Part shown: positions 28,950-38,779 of the stretch, piece by piece | How positions within the stretch are numbered: position 1 is the stretch's first letter | How the letters are laid out: every line of letters starts with the position of its first letter | IMG/VR virus record: IMGVR_UViG_3300028800_000061 | Coordinates: 1 to 64,000 of that record | Strand: one strand, 5' to 3' | Source of the DNA: a virus | Length of the DNA stretch: 64,000 nucleotides | Position numbers and translations under genes: made by a program | Notes under the pieces: generated by a model | Seen by the model: only the letters and a program-made list of their open reading frames with translations | Told to the model about the DNA's origin: nothing | Databases searched by the model: none

Positions 28950-29614
28950 CCGCTCCCCGCACCTACACCCATCCTGACGTGTTCACGATCGGCGTGGCCG
29001 AAGGCTGGGCTGAGCGTGAGCGCGACCCGGTCCGTATCGACTGGCCGCCCCGGCAGGCTGCTGCTGCTATCCCGTTCGAGGTCATCAACGGCCGCCCGGT
29101 CAACCCGTGCGAGAAGACTGCCATCCGGTTCGGCCGCAACGAGATGGGCTTCTGGGGTGAGCAGCAGATGGCCGATGCGCTGGTCACTGTTACTGTGGCC
29201 GGCTGCCGGTACCTGCTCATGGTCGAGCGCGTCGACGGCTACGGCTGGGCCGTTCCCGGCGGCCACAGCGAGCCCGGGGAGACCGGCATCCAGGCGGCCG
29301 TGCGCGAGCTGGCCGAGGAAACCGGGCTGGCCGTCCACCCGCAGGCGTGCCAGGCGATGCCTGCCCGCTACGTGCCTGACCCTCGCTCCAGCGACGAAGC
29401 GTGGGCGGTCACCATCCCGGTTCACATCAATCTCGGCGGCGGCCCCACTGACGGCCTGCCGTTCGTGTCCGGAGGCGATGACGCCCGGCGAGCCGGCTGG
29501 ATCCGGGCCAGCACCTACGAGCACTTGGTGGCCTCACTCGACCAGGGCTACCGCGGCCAAGTGTTCGCCGCCCACGTCAGCATGCTGCGCGAGTTCCTCG
29601 GCGGCACATCATGA
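28946..29614 (+). CDS. NUDIX hydrolase, NUDT9/ADP-ribose pyrophosphatase-like
   Basis: GRPVNP...GRNEMGFWG...ADALVT; Nudix box PGGHSEPGETGIQAAVRELAEETGL; YVPDPRSSDEAW. Confidence 0.88.
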   Translation: MTAPRTYTHPDVFTIGVAEGWAERERDPVRIDWPPRQAAAAIPFEVINGRPVNPCEKTAIRFGRNEMGFWGEQQMADALVTVTVAGCRYLLMVERVDGYGWAVPGGHSEPGETGIQAAVRELAEETGLAVHPQACQAMPARYVPDPRSSDEAWAVTIPVHINLGGGPTDGLPFVSGGDDARRAGWIRASTYEHLVASLDQGYRGQVFAAHVSMLREFLGGTS

Positions 29615-30072
29615 CCGGCCGCGCCGCGGCGTTCGCGGCCGTGTTCATCGCGTTCTACGTCGCGCACCAGGTGGGCGACCACTGGGTGCAGACCGGCGCC
29701 CAGGCAGCGGGCAAAGGCCGGCCCGGCTGGCCTGGCCGCCTCTCCTGCGCCGCGCACGCCGCCACGCTGACCGTCACGAAGCTCGCGGTCCTCGCCGCGG
29801 CCACCCTGATGCTCGGCATCCACCTGACGTCGTGGTCACTCGTGGCGGCCTTGGTGATCGACGCCGCCTCGCATTACTGGGCCGACCGGCGGACCACCCT
29901 CGCCGCGCTGGCCCGAACGCTCGGCAAGAGCGGGTTCTACGCGCTCGGTGCGCCCCGGGCCGGATGCGACGACAACCCGTCACTCGGAACCGGCGCGTAC
30001 GCCCTCGACCAGTCCTGGCACGTCGGCTGGCTGTTCGCCGCCGCGCTTATCGCGTCGATCGGAGCGTCATAA
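29611..30072 (+). CDS. DUF3307-like membrane protein
   Basis: HQVGDHWVQT, SHYWADRR, LDQSWH. Confidence 0.8.
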   Translation: MTGRAAAFAAVFIAFYVAHQVGDHWVQTGAQAAGKGRPGWPGRLSCAAHAATLTVTKLAVLAAATLMLGIHLTSWSLVAALVIDAASHYWADRRTTLAALARTLGKSGFYALGAPRAGCDDNPSLGTGAYALDQSWHVGWLFAAALIASIGAS

Positions 30073-30073
30073 C

Positions 30074-30640
30074 ATGACCGGCACACAGCACATGGTGGTG
30101 ATCACCAAACCGGGCCACCCGACTGTCCGGTTCGGGCCTGCGGGTCCGGCAACAGCAGCCGATTGGCATCGCCGCCTCGGTGCCGCAGCAGGGCGCTCCG
30201 AGCACCCGCGCGACATGACCATCAAGGTGGTCCCTTACGATCCGGCCGCCGGTTGCGAGGACCCGGCCGACACCATCCCTGCGACTGCGTTCGACCTGGT
30301 CGCGCCGCTGATGGCAGAGGTGCCCGGCGATGGGAAGGGCGGCAACTTCCCCGATCTGTTCGACCGTATCTCCATGGTCCACGGCGCTGACAGAGCAGAC
30401 CGGCTGTGGGAGACAGCCTGCCGGATCGCAGACGCCATCGAGGAATCGGACCCTCAGCCGTGCCCGCCACCGGACATGCTCGCCGGCCAGGACATGTGCC
30501 CGGGCCACCCGCAAGAAAGGTGGCCGTGCCAGGACACCAGGATCGCGTGGCGGGCCCGCGGCCTGGACCCGGACACTGAGGCCCGCCGTATCGCAACCGG
30601 CATCGCCCGCGACACCGGAACCGATCCGGCGAAAGCATGA
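30074..30640 (+). CDS. Hypothetical protein
   Basis: SD GGAG, coupled. Confidence 0.6.
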   Translation: MTGTQHMVVITKPGHPTVRFGPAGPATAADWHRRLGAAAGRSEHPRDMTIKVVPYDPAAGCEDPADTIPATAFDLVAPLMAEVPGDGKGGNFPDLFDRISMVHGADRADRLWETACRIADAIEESDPQPCPPPDMLAGQDMCPGHPQERWPCQDTRIAWRARGLDPDTEARRIATGIARDTGTDPAKA

Positions 30641-31005
30641 CCGCCGCCGACTGGCACGACAACCCGCGAGGGTTCGCCCACTGGGCTGGTGTCCCACGCA
30701 CCGGCTGGCTGGGATGGCGCCGCCCGGCCGCCTGCCTCGAGTATGAGCACGCGGTCGCGGCGGCCAGCGCCGCGTTCCGGGCGATCATGACACCGGCTGA
30801 TGCCGCTTTCGCGGCCGCGGCCGAAGCCGCCAAAGCTGCAGGCCCGAAGGCCCTCATCGCGCAACCGGCGATGAACGCCCACCAGGCCGCGTGGACCAGA
30901 GCCAAAGCGGCGTCCGACGCGATCCTCATCCCAGCCCGGGCCCGGTGGGATGCCGCCCGGGCCCGCCCGATCGCACCCCCGGCGGAACGGAGAGCTGCAG
31001 CGTGA
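30637..31005 (+). CDS. Hypothetical protein
   Basis: ATGA overlap. Confidence 0.55.
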   Translation: MTAADWHDNPRGFAHWAGVPRTGWLGWRRPAACLEYEHAVAAASAAFRAIMTPADAAFAAAAEAAKAAGPKALIAQPAMNAHQAAWTRAKAASDAILIPARARWDAARARPIAPPAERRAAA

Positions 31006-31208
31006 GTATCCGGCCAGGCTCCCTCGCCGGCGAGGACATCAGGCGACTGCATGCTAATGAAAACGCCGCAGCAATAGCAGTGATAGCAGGGGAGTTCCTG
31101 TTCGAGGTCATCCCCACTGACCGGGCGCTGGCCGGCTGGCGGGCACCGCTTGGCCCGGATGGCAAACCGCTGGCCGCCAGCGAGCTACACACCGGGCAGG
31201 CAGCATGA
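31002..31208 (+). CDS. Hypothetical protein
   Basis: GTGA overlap. Confidence 0.45.
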   Translation: MSIRPGSLAGEDIRRLHANENAAAIAVIAGEFLFEVIPTDRALAGWRAPLGPDGKPLAASELHTGQAA

Positions 31209-31462
31209 CCACCGGTGTCCTGTTCGCGATCACCACGGTGCTCTGCTTCGCCTGCCCGCACACCGAGCAGGCCCTGGACCCGGTCGCTGCCCACGACCTG
31301 ATGGAGCAGCACTACACCAGTGCGCACCAGGCGCTGATTGACCGTTTGACAGGAGGCAGTACGCCGTTGCCCGGCCAAACGGCGAGACGCAGTGTAATAC
31401 CAGGCACCCGACACACGCGAGGGGAAAATGCTCCACTTGACACCCGAAGACCACGCGACTGA
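31205..31462 (+). CDS. Small C2H2-like protein
   Basis: CFACPH...HYTSAH; ATGA overlap. Confidence 0.5.
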   Translation: MTTGVLFAITTVLCFACPHTEQALDPVAAHDLMEQHYTSAHQALIDRLTGGSTPLPGQTARRSVIPGTRHTRGENAPLDTRRPRD

Positions 31463-31664
31463 TCCACCCGAAAAGTGGGCCATCATCAAAGACTGCGACC
31501 GGTGGCTTCTCATGTCGTCATTGGGCGGAACGCTCGACTCGTATAAGCGGAAACTGGACGCTGAGGCGGCTCGCACGAGCGGACCTTATGTGAGCTTGTA
31601 CGAAAAGGAAGGCCGCTGGTTCGCCGGTGAGTCCGTTGCGAACTGGAAGCCGTACGTACCATGA
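31428..31664 (+). CDS. Hypothetical protein
   Basis: SD GAGGGG, coupled to next ORF. Confidence 0.5.
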   Translation: MLHLTPEDHATDPPEKWAIIKDCDRWLLMSSLGGTLDSYKRKLDAEAARTSGPYVSLYEKEGRWFAGESVANWKPYVP

Positions 31665-32221
31665 CCGATCAGGAAGCACGCGGGTTCCCCGCAATGCGCG
31701 AGGACGCCATCGCCCAGGTCCGCGCGATCAAAGGTGTCGGCACTAAGGCCGAGCAGGTCGTGGACATCGTGTTGGCGTTGTTCGACGAGGAAGCGGTGGC
31801 CCGGCATGCCGACCGGCTGCTCGCGGACACCCGGATCCGGGCGATGGATTTCCGCAAGGGCATGAGCATGGACCTGGCTCCCGCCCAGGAACTGACCGCC
31901 CTGTGGGTTGGGGCCGCCCGCGGCATGCTCGGCGACGCACCCAACTACGTCGAGGGTGTAGCCGAGTTCCCGCCGCCCGGCGCTGATCTAACTGTCGGGC
32001 TCGCAGGGCAGGGAGAGCGGTTCGTGTACCGGATCGAGCGCGCTGGCAAAATCACCCCGCATCAAGCACGGCGCAACGCCGAAGCTGCGCTTGACCGAGC
32101 CAGGGTTGCCGGGCTGATCGCAGTGGACCTCCTGCTGCATGTGGCCGGTGAACGCAGCTATGACAGGGCCAAACTGAACCAGGTAGCCGAGGACCTCGCG
32201 GCAGCACTTAGAAAGGAATGA
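31661..32221 (+). CDS. Hypothetical protein
   Basis: ATGA overlap. Confidence 0.65.
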   Translation: MTDQEARGFPAMREDAIAQVRAIKGVGTKAEQVVDIVLALFDEEAVARHADRLLADTRIRAMDFRKGMSMDLAPAQELTALWVGAARGMLGDAPNYVEGVAEFPPPGADLTVGLAGQGERFVYRIERAGKITPHQARRNAEAALDRARVAGLIAVDLLLHVAGERSYDRAKLNQVAEDLAAALRKE

Positions 32222-32227
32222 GCAGAA

Positions 32228-32836
32228 ATGCCACACCCTCCCATATTCAAGAATGCGTCACCAGTGCCGACCTGGGATCTCGGATCTGCACCATCCGTGC
32301 TGATGGCCCGGTGGGGCAAAGATCACTGGACCACCTTCGCTTACATCGAAACGCGATGGGTGGACCACCGCGGGATGCTCGACCATGACCGCATGCGCTG
32401 CGACAGGCGGCGGCACCCGGTCTTGTACTCAGCTAAGCGTCGCGTGATCGCGTTCAGTACTGACGCCGACGCCGCCCGGTACCCGACACGGCTGAAAACC
32501 GAGAAACCTGACGGGGACGGCCGCTGGGGGGTTGCGGAGCTCGCAGGCCACGACGACTACGACTGCCTGAACGACGCAATCACCGCCGGCCTGATCGCAG
32601 CGATCATGCCCCGCCCAATGCCTGGTGACTTCTTCCTGGATGCACGGGACCAAGGTGTCCGTGTGGCAGGCGGTGAGCTGGTCCGGCCGCCGGTCACAGG
32701 CATGACCGAGATGTGGTTGATGACCGCCGCATCGTTCAACCTCACCGAGCACGGCCAGGCTGTCGCGGGGGAGTTGCGCGCACATTTGGCGGCCCGCCGG
32801 CCCGCACACCAGTTCATGCCGTCCGGGGAGTTCTGA
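32228..32836 (+). CDS. Hypothetical protein
   Basis: WGKDHWTTFAYIETR...YPTRLK...HDDYDCL. Confidence 0.7.
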   Translation: MPHPPIFKNASPVPTWDLGSAPSVLMARWGKDHWTTFAYIETRWVDHRGMLDHDRMRCDRRRHPVLYSAKRRVIAFSTDADAARYPTRLKTEKPDGDGRWGVAELAGHDDYDCLNDAITAGLIAAIMPRPMPGDFFLDARDQGVRVAGGELVRPPVTGMTEMWLMTAASFNLTEHGQAVAGELRAHLAARRPAHQFMPSGEF

Positions 32837-33282
32837 TGGCTGATCCGATCCGGTCGGTGGACTTGTTCGCTGCGGCGATCGCCGCGATGGGACGCGGCGA
32901 GAACCCGCTCAGCGACACGTTCTTCGCCACCCACCAAGTGAGCGGCCTTGAGGGTGCGGCGCTCGCTGGTCACATAGCTCAGGGGGCAGTGCTCAGCACC
33001 TGGGTGATCAACCATCCTGAGCAAGCGAGCGCCATGTTCATCCGAGTGGCGCTCGCCGTGGATGACGCCAAGCATGTGTGCCACGCAGCCGGTTGCCGCA
33101 CCCCGGTGCATCCGAAGATGTTCATGTGCCGGCCGCATTGGTTCCGGTTGCCGAAACCAATGCGGGACGCGATCTGGGCGGCGTACCGGCCCGGGCAGGA
33201 GATCCGCAAAGACCCATCCCCGGAGTACATCAAAGCAGCCAGGGCGGCCATCGATCACATCGCCCAGTTGGAGGCGGCGTGA
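32836..33282 (+). CDS. Protein with C-terminal phage-type Zn finger
   Basis: HVCHAAGC...FMCRPHW...IWAAYRPGQE. Confidence 0.65.
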   Translation: MADPIRSVDLFAAAIAAMGRGENPLSDTFFATHQVSGLEGAALAGHIAQGAVLSTWVINHPEQASAMFIRVALAVDDAKHVCHAAGCRTPVHPKMFMCRPHWFRLPKPMRDAIWAAYRPGQEIRKDPSPEYIKAARAAIDHIAQLEAA

Positions 33283-33512
33283 CCGGGCCCAGGCAGCCGA
33301 CACCGCCCCGGCGGCCGCGACGGAGCGAGAGCAGCACGCTCGCGCCTGGTGTGGTGGATATCCGGCTGACCGGCGCACCGGAAGATCTAGCCGCGGTCGC
33401 CTCGCGCATAGGCGGCCTGTTCGATGTGGTGAAGCAATCCGGCCAGTACGCGAACGATGGCGGCCGGGCCATGCGGGTGTATATCACCATCCGAAGGGAC
33501 AGCAGCGAATGA
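33279..33512 (+). CDS. Hypothetical protein
   Basis: GTGA overlap. Confidence 0.5.
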   Translation: MTGPRQPTPPRRPRRSESSTLAPGVVDIRLTGAPEDLAAVASRIGGLFDVVKQSGQYANDGGRAMRVYITIRRDSSE

Positions 33513-34090
33513 TCGAAAACCTGCCCATAGACGCCACTGATTTGATCGCCGACGCGTACGGCATCCAGAGACGACCGCGTTACCGAGTAATCCCGCAAAC
33601 CGTTGGCTTGGCCACCGCACTGCTGGTCGCACAGAACGTCACCCGCCGGCAGGCTATTGGTATCGGCCGACCGCGCCGCCATCCTGCTGTTGACGCCGCC
33701 CTGTGCGAGGCTGCGGAAGCGTTCGCACTGGTGCTCGGCTTCGAGTCGCCTGCCGGGTGGCGCGGCGGCGCTCTCGCATCCCTGAGCAGCTTGCTCGGCT
33801 CGGGCTTGCTCGTCGAAAGTCACATGTTCTGGGTGACCGAGGATCGGGCCCGGAGGGATGTGAGGGACTGGGCGGCCGGCGTTGCGCCTGCCGGATTGTT
33901 TCCCTCCGCGTTCGATGTCTTGACCGCCAATCTGCTATCGCACCGGCCGCTGATGGCCAGCTGGGATTGCATCCACGAACGGACCGGGGTAACCCGCGAA
34001 CTGCGCTGCGATTTGCAAGGCCACGATTTCCGCGCCCACCGGGATGTCCGCCACCCCGGATGCTTCCCGGATGTGCCGGTGCCGCAGTGA
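33509..34090 (+). CDS. Hypothetical protein
   Basis: ATGA overlap, SD AAGGGA. Confidence 0.55.
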   Translation: MIENLPIDATDLIADAYGIQRRPRYRVIPQTVGLATALLVAQNVTRRQAIGIGRPRRHPAVDAALCEAAEAFALVLGFESPAGWRGGALASLSSLLGSGLLVESHMFWVTEDRARRDVRDWAAGVAPAGLFPSAFDVLTANLLSHRPLMASWDCIHERTGVTRELRCDLQGHDFRAHRDVRHPGCFPDVPVPQ

Positions 34091-34272
34091 TCGGCCGGAC
34101 ATACCTTGAGCGCGGCCAGCCGGTCACCGTGCTGGTCCGCTGGCGAAAGGGCGCACGATGCCCGCGCAACGTGCTTATCAAACGCCCCGATGGAAGCCAG
34201 GTTGTGCGACCTTTTCGCGGGCTGCGCCGAGGAAGGAGAACTCTGATTGATGGCGCTAACCCAGGTAGCTGA
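34087..34272 (+). CDS. Small basic protein
   Basis: GTGA overlap; PRNVLIKRPDGSQVVRPFRGLR. Confidence 0.5.
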   Translation: MIGRTYLERGQPVTVLVRWRKGARCPRNVLIKRPDGSQVVRPFRGLRRGRRTLIDGANPGS

Positions 34273-34552
34273 CCTCTTGGCGGCGGCACGGGAACGCAGC
34301 GAACGCCCGCTGCTTCATGCCGGTGCGCTGCCCATCTCCAACGATGCCGTCCGGTGCCTGATGGAGTCGGCCGCCGATGTTCCCTGCCTCCTCGCTGCCG
34401 TAGAGGCCGCTCACCGGCCAGTGAGCGGGCGTTGCGCATGGTGCCGGGAAGCGGGCGGGCAGCGGATGAAGTGGCCATGCGGCGAATACCAGGCCATCTC
34501 TCGTGCCCTTCTAGGTGAATTTGAAGCGGAGGAGGCCGGCCGTGCCCATTAG
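34250..34552 (+). CDS. Hypothetical protein
   Basis: SD AAGGAG; H...CAWC...WPC motif. Confidence 0.55.
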   Translation: MALTQVADLLAAARERSERPLLHAGALPISNDAVRCLMESAADVPCLLAAVEAAHRPVSGRCAWCREAGGQRMKWPCGEYQAISRALLGEFEAEEAGRAH

Positions 34553-34958
34553 CCAGATCGCCGGCGGTTGCTGGGTGCTCGGCGCTGTCAACGACGCCGA
34601 GTGGGTGCCGCATTTCATATCCGATGCAAGTGTCAGGGAGTGGGCACGAGCCAACGAGCCCGAGTCGCTGGCCACGATCAGGCAGCTTGCTGAGCCGTGC
34701 TGGACCGCTGTGTGTGACGGCCCTGGCGTTGGTCCTTCTGATGTCTGCGGGGTCGAGTTCGAGGACGGCGAAGGCGGTAACCACGGGCCCAGCCGGACAG
34801 TAACTGAGGACTGGATCGCCGCCCACGGCTGGCTGGTGCTCCGCGATGGAACCGTGTTCGGGTTGTGCTGTGAGGATGACTGGCCGCCAGCCAACCCGCC
34901 CGCAACCGTGTCACCTGGCCAACTCACCCTCGACGACCAGGATGTAGCCGATGCCTGA
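34542..34958 (+). CDS. Hypothetical protein
   Basis: SD GGAGG before GTG. Confidence 0.55.
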   Translation: MPISQIAGGCWVLGAVNDAEWVPHFISDASVREWARANEPESLATIRQLAEPCWTAVCDGPGVGPSDVCGVEFEDGEGGNHGPSRTVTEDWIAAHGWLVLRDGTVFGLCCEDDWPPANPPATVSPGQLTLDDQDVADA

Positions 34959-35142
34959 CCACGAGAGCAAACCGCAGTGGTGGGAGAAGCCGGAGGGAAA
35001 GCGGTGGACCCGCGGCCGGTGGGAGTTCTACCGCGATCGCCGTGACTGGTTCATCGGGATGTTCCGGCCAGGCCCGCCCCGTGGGACGTATTTCGTGTTC
35101 TTCACCTTGGTCGCGAAGAAGAACCACCGGGCGGCAGCATGA
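34951..35142 (+). CDS. Hypothetical protein
   Basis: Overlaps both neighbours. Confidence 0.45.
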   Translation: MPDHESKPQWWEKPEGKRWTRGRWEFYRDRRDWFIGMFRPGPPRGTYFVFFTLVAKKNHRAAA

Positions 35143-35786
35143 GCCAGCCAGCCGGGGCGGAACCTCTGAATCTGCTTGTGGTCCTTGAGGAAATCAAACG
35201 GGAGCAGCCAGCGCCGTGCATCCACCACTCACCAGCTCGCGGGCTGTTCGCCCGGGCGGCCGAGTTTGAGGCGTGGCAGGAGCAGCACGGCGGGTTCGGG
35301 TCGTACAGCCGGTCACACGCGTGGCATCCGGCGATCATCGCCCCGACCGACCCCGCAGGTCGTTGCCAGCCAACTCTGCTATCAGCGGACATCCGCATCG
35401 CGCACGGACTCGATGTCAACCGGGAGCGCGCTTGCGCATGCGAGGAAACCAACCGGCTGATGTACAAGGGTGCCTGCTGCGGGTGCGAGTGGGAGGGCAC
35501 GGCCCGCGATCACGAGAACAGTGCGGTAGAGGACGCGTGCGATCACTCGTGGCCGGGTTGGCGTGATCTGCCGACAGTGCCCAGAATGCCATCGGAGAAC
35601 GGGCCGAGGGACAAGTTCGCCCGGGACCGGTGGACTGAGCATGTGAACGGGCTGTATCCGCCCGGGTGGCTGGAAGCGGGCGGCCCGATCCGCACTGTCC
35701 GCCGGCCGGCCGAATCTCGGCATGTTGAGGGCGGCACCCAGTTCGGCGGGTACGACATGAACGCCGGCCAGCGGACAGTGACCTGA
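35139..35786 (+). CDS. DUF6349-like actinobacterial protein
   Basis: CCGCEWEG...ENSAVEDACDHSWPGWRDLP...YPPGWLEAGGPIRT. Confidence 0.65.
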   Translation: MSQPAGAEPLNLLVVLEEIKREQPAPCIHHSPARGLFARAAEFEAWQEQHGGFGSYSRSHAWHPAIIAPTDPAGRCQPTLLSADIRIAHGLDVNRERACACEETNRLMYKGACCGCEWEGTARDHENSAVEDACDHSWPGWRDLPTVPRMPSENGPRDKFARDRWTEHVNGLYPPGWLEAGGPIRTVRRPAESRHVEGGTQFGGYDMNAGQRTVT

Positions 35787-36838
35787 TGGCACCTGGTGGA
35801 ACTCTCACCATCACGCCCTCGGCCGCGCCTGCGGAGCCGATCCAGGGGGAGCTGTTTCCCCGCGAGGACCCCGAGCCGGACCTGGCCAGTTACGACATCA
35901 TCCTGGCGAACATCTCCGGCGGGAAAGACTCCCAGACGATGCTGCGGCAACTGGTCGCGGCGTGCACCGCCGCCGGGGTGCCGTTGGACCGGATCGTGTG
36001 CGTGTTCGCCGATCTCGGCAAGGATGACGAGTGGCCAGGCACGGAGGAAATCGCCCGGTTGCACGCGGAGCACTACGGGCTGCGGTTCATCACGGTCTGC
36101 AGGACGATCGCAGACCGGGTGACCGGCGAGCGGCGGCAGCAAGGACTGCTCGAGTACATCCTTCACCGTGGCATGTGGCCGGATGCGAAAAACCGGTTCT
36201 GCACCAGCGACCTGAAACGCGGCCCGATCTTGACTGTCATGACCCGCTTGGTCGGTGAAGTGCGGGCGTCGTGGCGGGTGATGCTGCCAGGTGCCCGGCG
36301 TTGCCGGCCGCGGCGGGTGCGGGTGCTCAACGTGATGGGCCTCCGCGCGCAGGAGAGTGTCACCCGGCGCCTCATGGCGCCGTTCGAGCACGACGAGAAG
36401 TCCAGCAACCAGACCTGCCGGCATGTGGATGAGTGGCTGCCGATCCACCGGTGGACTGCCGGCCAGGTGTGGGCTGATATTCACGCCAGCGGTGTCCCTT
36501 ACCACTTCGCCTATGACCTCGGCATGCCCCGCTTGTCGTGCGTTTTCTGTGTGCTGGCATCCGGGTCGGCGCTGGTTCTCGCCGCCCGGCACCACCCGGA
36601 CGGTGCACGGAAACGCCTGCTCGTTGAGCGCATATTCGCTTGGCGACGGCTCCGGTCGGTCACCGCGGTCATCCTCGCGGCCAGCAACGGCACGGTGTCA
36701 ACAACAACCGCGGTGTTCATGATCAAACGGGTCATGCGGTCCGGTCCGACGTTCCAGAACGGCCGGTCGATGGCGGATGTCATAGCGCGGGCGGCGGCTG
36801 AGCCCGCTGGCAGGCCGGTCCAGGACTGGGCGGCTTGA
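35786..36838 (+). CDS. PAPS reductase family (PP-loop, DndC/CysH-like) protein
   Basis: SGGKDS, FCTSDLKR, GLRAQES..R, RLSCVFC. Confidence 0.88.
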   Translation: MAPGGTLTITPSAAPAEPIQGELFPREDPEPDLASYDIILANISGGKDSQTMLRQLVAACTAAGVPLDRIVCVFADLGKDDEWPGTEEIARLHAEHYGLRFITVCRTIADRVTGERRQQGLLEYILHRGMWPDAKNRFCTSDLKRGPILTVMTRLVGEVRASWRVMLPGARRCRPRRVRVLNVMGLRAQESVTRRLMAPFEHDEKSSNQTCRHVDEWLPIHRWTAGQVWADIHASGVPYHFAYDLGMPRLSCVFCVLASGSALVLAARHHPDGARKRLLVERIFAWRRLRSVTAVILAASNGTVSTTTAVFMIKRVMRSGPTFQNGRSMADVIARAAAEPAGRPVQDWAA

Positions 36839-36972
36839 CCGGCAGGCGCACGGGAAGGTCGCAGCGGGTGGGGGACTTATGGCATCATCTGGGACATCCG
36901 GGGGGATAAAGGACAGGTGGCAGTTCGCGTGCACAGGCAGATCTCAGTTGGCCCACGACATGGGGGCGCGTT

Positions 36973-37428
36973 ATGGGCGACAGCCCCGCCCCCATCATTG
37001 ATGCGGAGCGGGCGGCGAGCATCGCCCGGCTGCGGGAGAACCGGGACCGGCTCACCGCCCAGATCGCAGCGATAGATGCCGAGCTGGCCGCGAGCAGCGT
37101 GAACTTGCTACTCGAGCAGCGGGCCGCACTCAACACTGAGATCACCCGGGTGAACAGGGCGTTGAAAGCGCTGGGTGCGCCGATCTCCGATAGGCGGCTG
37201 CGCGGATCCAAAGGCGGCCCGACCGATCTGATCCGCCAGTTCGCCCCGCCCGGTCACCGCGGCGATTTCACAGCGCAGGATGTTGCGGCATCCCCGTTTG
37301 CTGCCGGGTGGCGGACCCGCGCCCAGGATCCGGTTCTGGCGATCAACCATGCGCTGAACCGGCTGGCGGAAACAGGTGAGTATGAGCGGACCGGGGTCAA
37401 AGGCTGGTACCGCCGGTCAGCATCATGA
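36973..37428 (+). CDS. Coiled-coil / wHTH-like protein
   Basis: Heptad N-terminus, C-terminal ALNRL...G.Y.R. Confidence 0.6.
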   Translation: MGDSPAPIIDAERAASIARLRENRDRLTAQIAAIDAELAASSVNLLLEQRAALNTEITRVNRALKALGAPISDRRLRGSKGGPTDLIRQFAPPGHRGDFTAQDVAASPFAAGWRTRAQDPVLAINHALNRLAETGEYERTGVKGWYRRSAS

Positions 37429-37853
37429 CCGGAACGCATGCAGATCCTGATCCGGCGCTGACCGCAGCCCGGCGTGCCGACCTCATCCACAGCCTGCACT
37501 CGTACAGGGCTCACCTGCTGCAAGAGCTGGCTATCACGACGGCAGCTATCGAACAGTACGGCGCGGTCAAAGTACCGCGCGCCCAACCGCATCCGGCCCG
37601 CCGGGGAACTATCACACTGCTGCGCGCTTACATCGCAACCAATCCCGGGCGTATAACTGAGGCGGCCGCGTACGAGTGGCTGCAGCGGCACGGCTGGGAA
37701 AGCGCCGCTAATGACAGGCACGCCGCGGTGAGCACAGGCTTGGCTAACTTCGCCACGTGGGGGCATCTCGTGAGGACACGCCAGGGTGTATATGAAACTC
37801 CAGCAGCGATTGTGGCCGCGCACCAGGCTGCTGATGCCAATCGGCCTGTGTGA
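37425..37853 (+). CDS. Coiled-coil / wHTH-like protein
   Basis: Same architecture as upstream ORF; ATGA overlap. Confidence 0.6.
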   Translation: MTGTHADPDPALTAARRADLIHSLHSYRAHLLQELAITTAAIEQYGAVKVPRAQPHPARRGTITLLRAYIATNPGRITEAAAYEWLQRHGWESAANDRHAAVSTGLANFATWGHLVRTRQGVYETPAAIVAAHQAADANRPV

Positions 37854-38012
37854 GAGCTGCGGCTGATAGCACGCGAACACCCCCAGGAAGGCCGGAACGC
37901 CCTTCACCCCGTCCTGGCCAGGGCAAGCCAATTCGTGTCATCGTGCGTTACGATAGGCAGATCGCACGACATCGAATGGTCTGGCACTAACCGCCTCAGG
38001 GGGACGGCACTC

Positions 38013-38354
38013 ATGGCCCAGAAAGTTCTGGTAACTAGCCTCTGCGACCTGCCGCACGATGGCGCAGAGATCGACGCGGCAAACAGGATCGAGTTCGGAT
38101 GGGGGGGCTTGTCCTACGAGCTTGACAGCTGCGACTCGCATGCGAAGGAAATCACGGGGGAGTTTGAAGGGCTGATCGCGTCCGCCCGTCAAGTATCCGC
38201 GAAACGCCCGCCGTTGAAGCGGACCACGAAAACCCGCAAGCACGATGCGGCTGTCCGTGAGTGGGCGGCGGCGATGGGGTACAAGATCAGTGACCGGGGC
38301 CGGATCCCCGCGCATATCCTTTCCGATTACGCCCGCGAGCACCCAGGGGAGTAA
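38013..38354 (+). CDS. lsr2: Lsr2-family nucleoid-associated protein
   Basis: MAQKV...YELD...AVREWA..MGYKISDRGRIPA. Confidence 0.92.
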   Translation: MAQKVLVTSLCDLPHDGAEIDAANRIEFGWGGLSYELDSCDSHAKEITGEFEGLIASARQVSAKRPPLKRTTKTRKHDAAVREWAAAMGYKISDRGRIPAHILSDYAREHPGE

Positions 38355-38717
38355 CTGTCATGGCCGTCCAGGGCAGCGAGCCGGATCTTGATCCGCGTAT
38401 CATCAGCGCTTTGCACCGTATCGAGATACGTACGCCGGGGACTGCGGCGGAAGCCCGGCGCGCTGCCCTGGCCGAGTTGCCGCGGCTTCTCCGCGAGTTG
38501 AGCGAGCTTGATGCGGCCACCAGCCCGCCCAGCGGATAAGGGCACGCTGTGCGCTGCCAATACGCAGCGCACAGTGGCCCGTGCGGCACCTTGAGGTCCA
38601 CACAGCACGACGACCATGGTGCACGCACGCAACTATGCGCTACTGCACCCGACGCCCGGAGGCGTGGCTTACAACACTGCACGGGTGAACTGCTCGCGGG
38701 AAGTAACACTAAACCAA

Positions 38718-38746
38718 TTGCATGCCAGTCCAAGATCATGTAGTCT
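38718..38746 (+). promoter_or_regulatory. Principal-sigma-type promoter of tRNA array
   Basis: TTGCAT(38718)-N17-TAGTCT(38741) in an AT-richer tract. Confidence 0.65.
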
Positions 38747-38779
38747 TAGTATCAGTCAATGATACAAGGTGGTCAAAGG

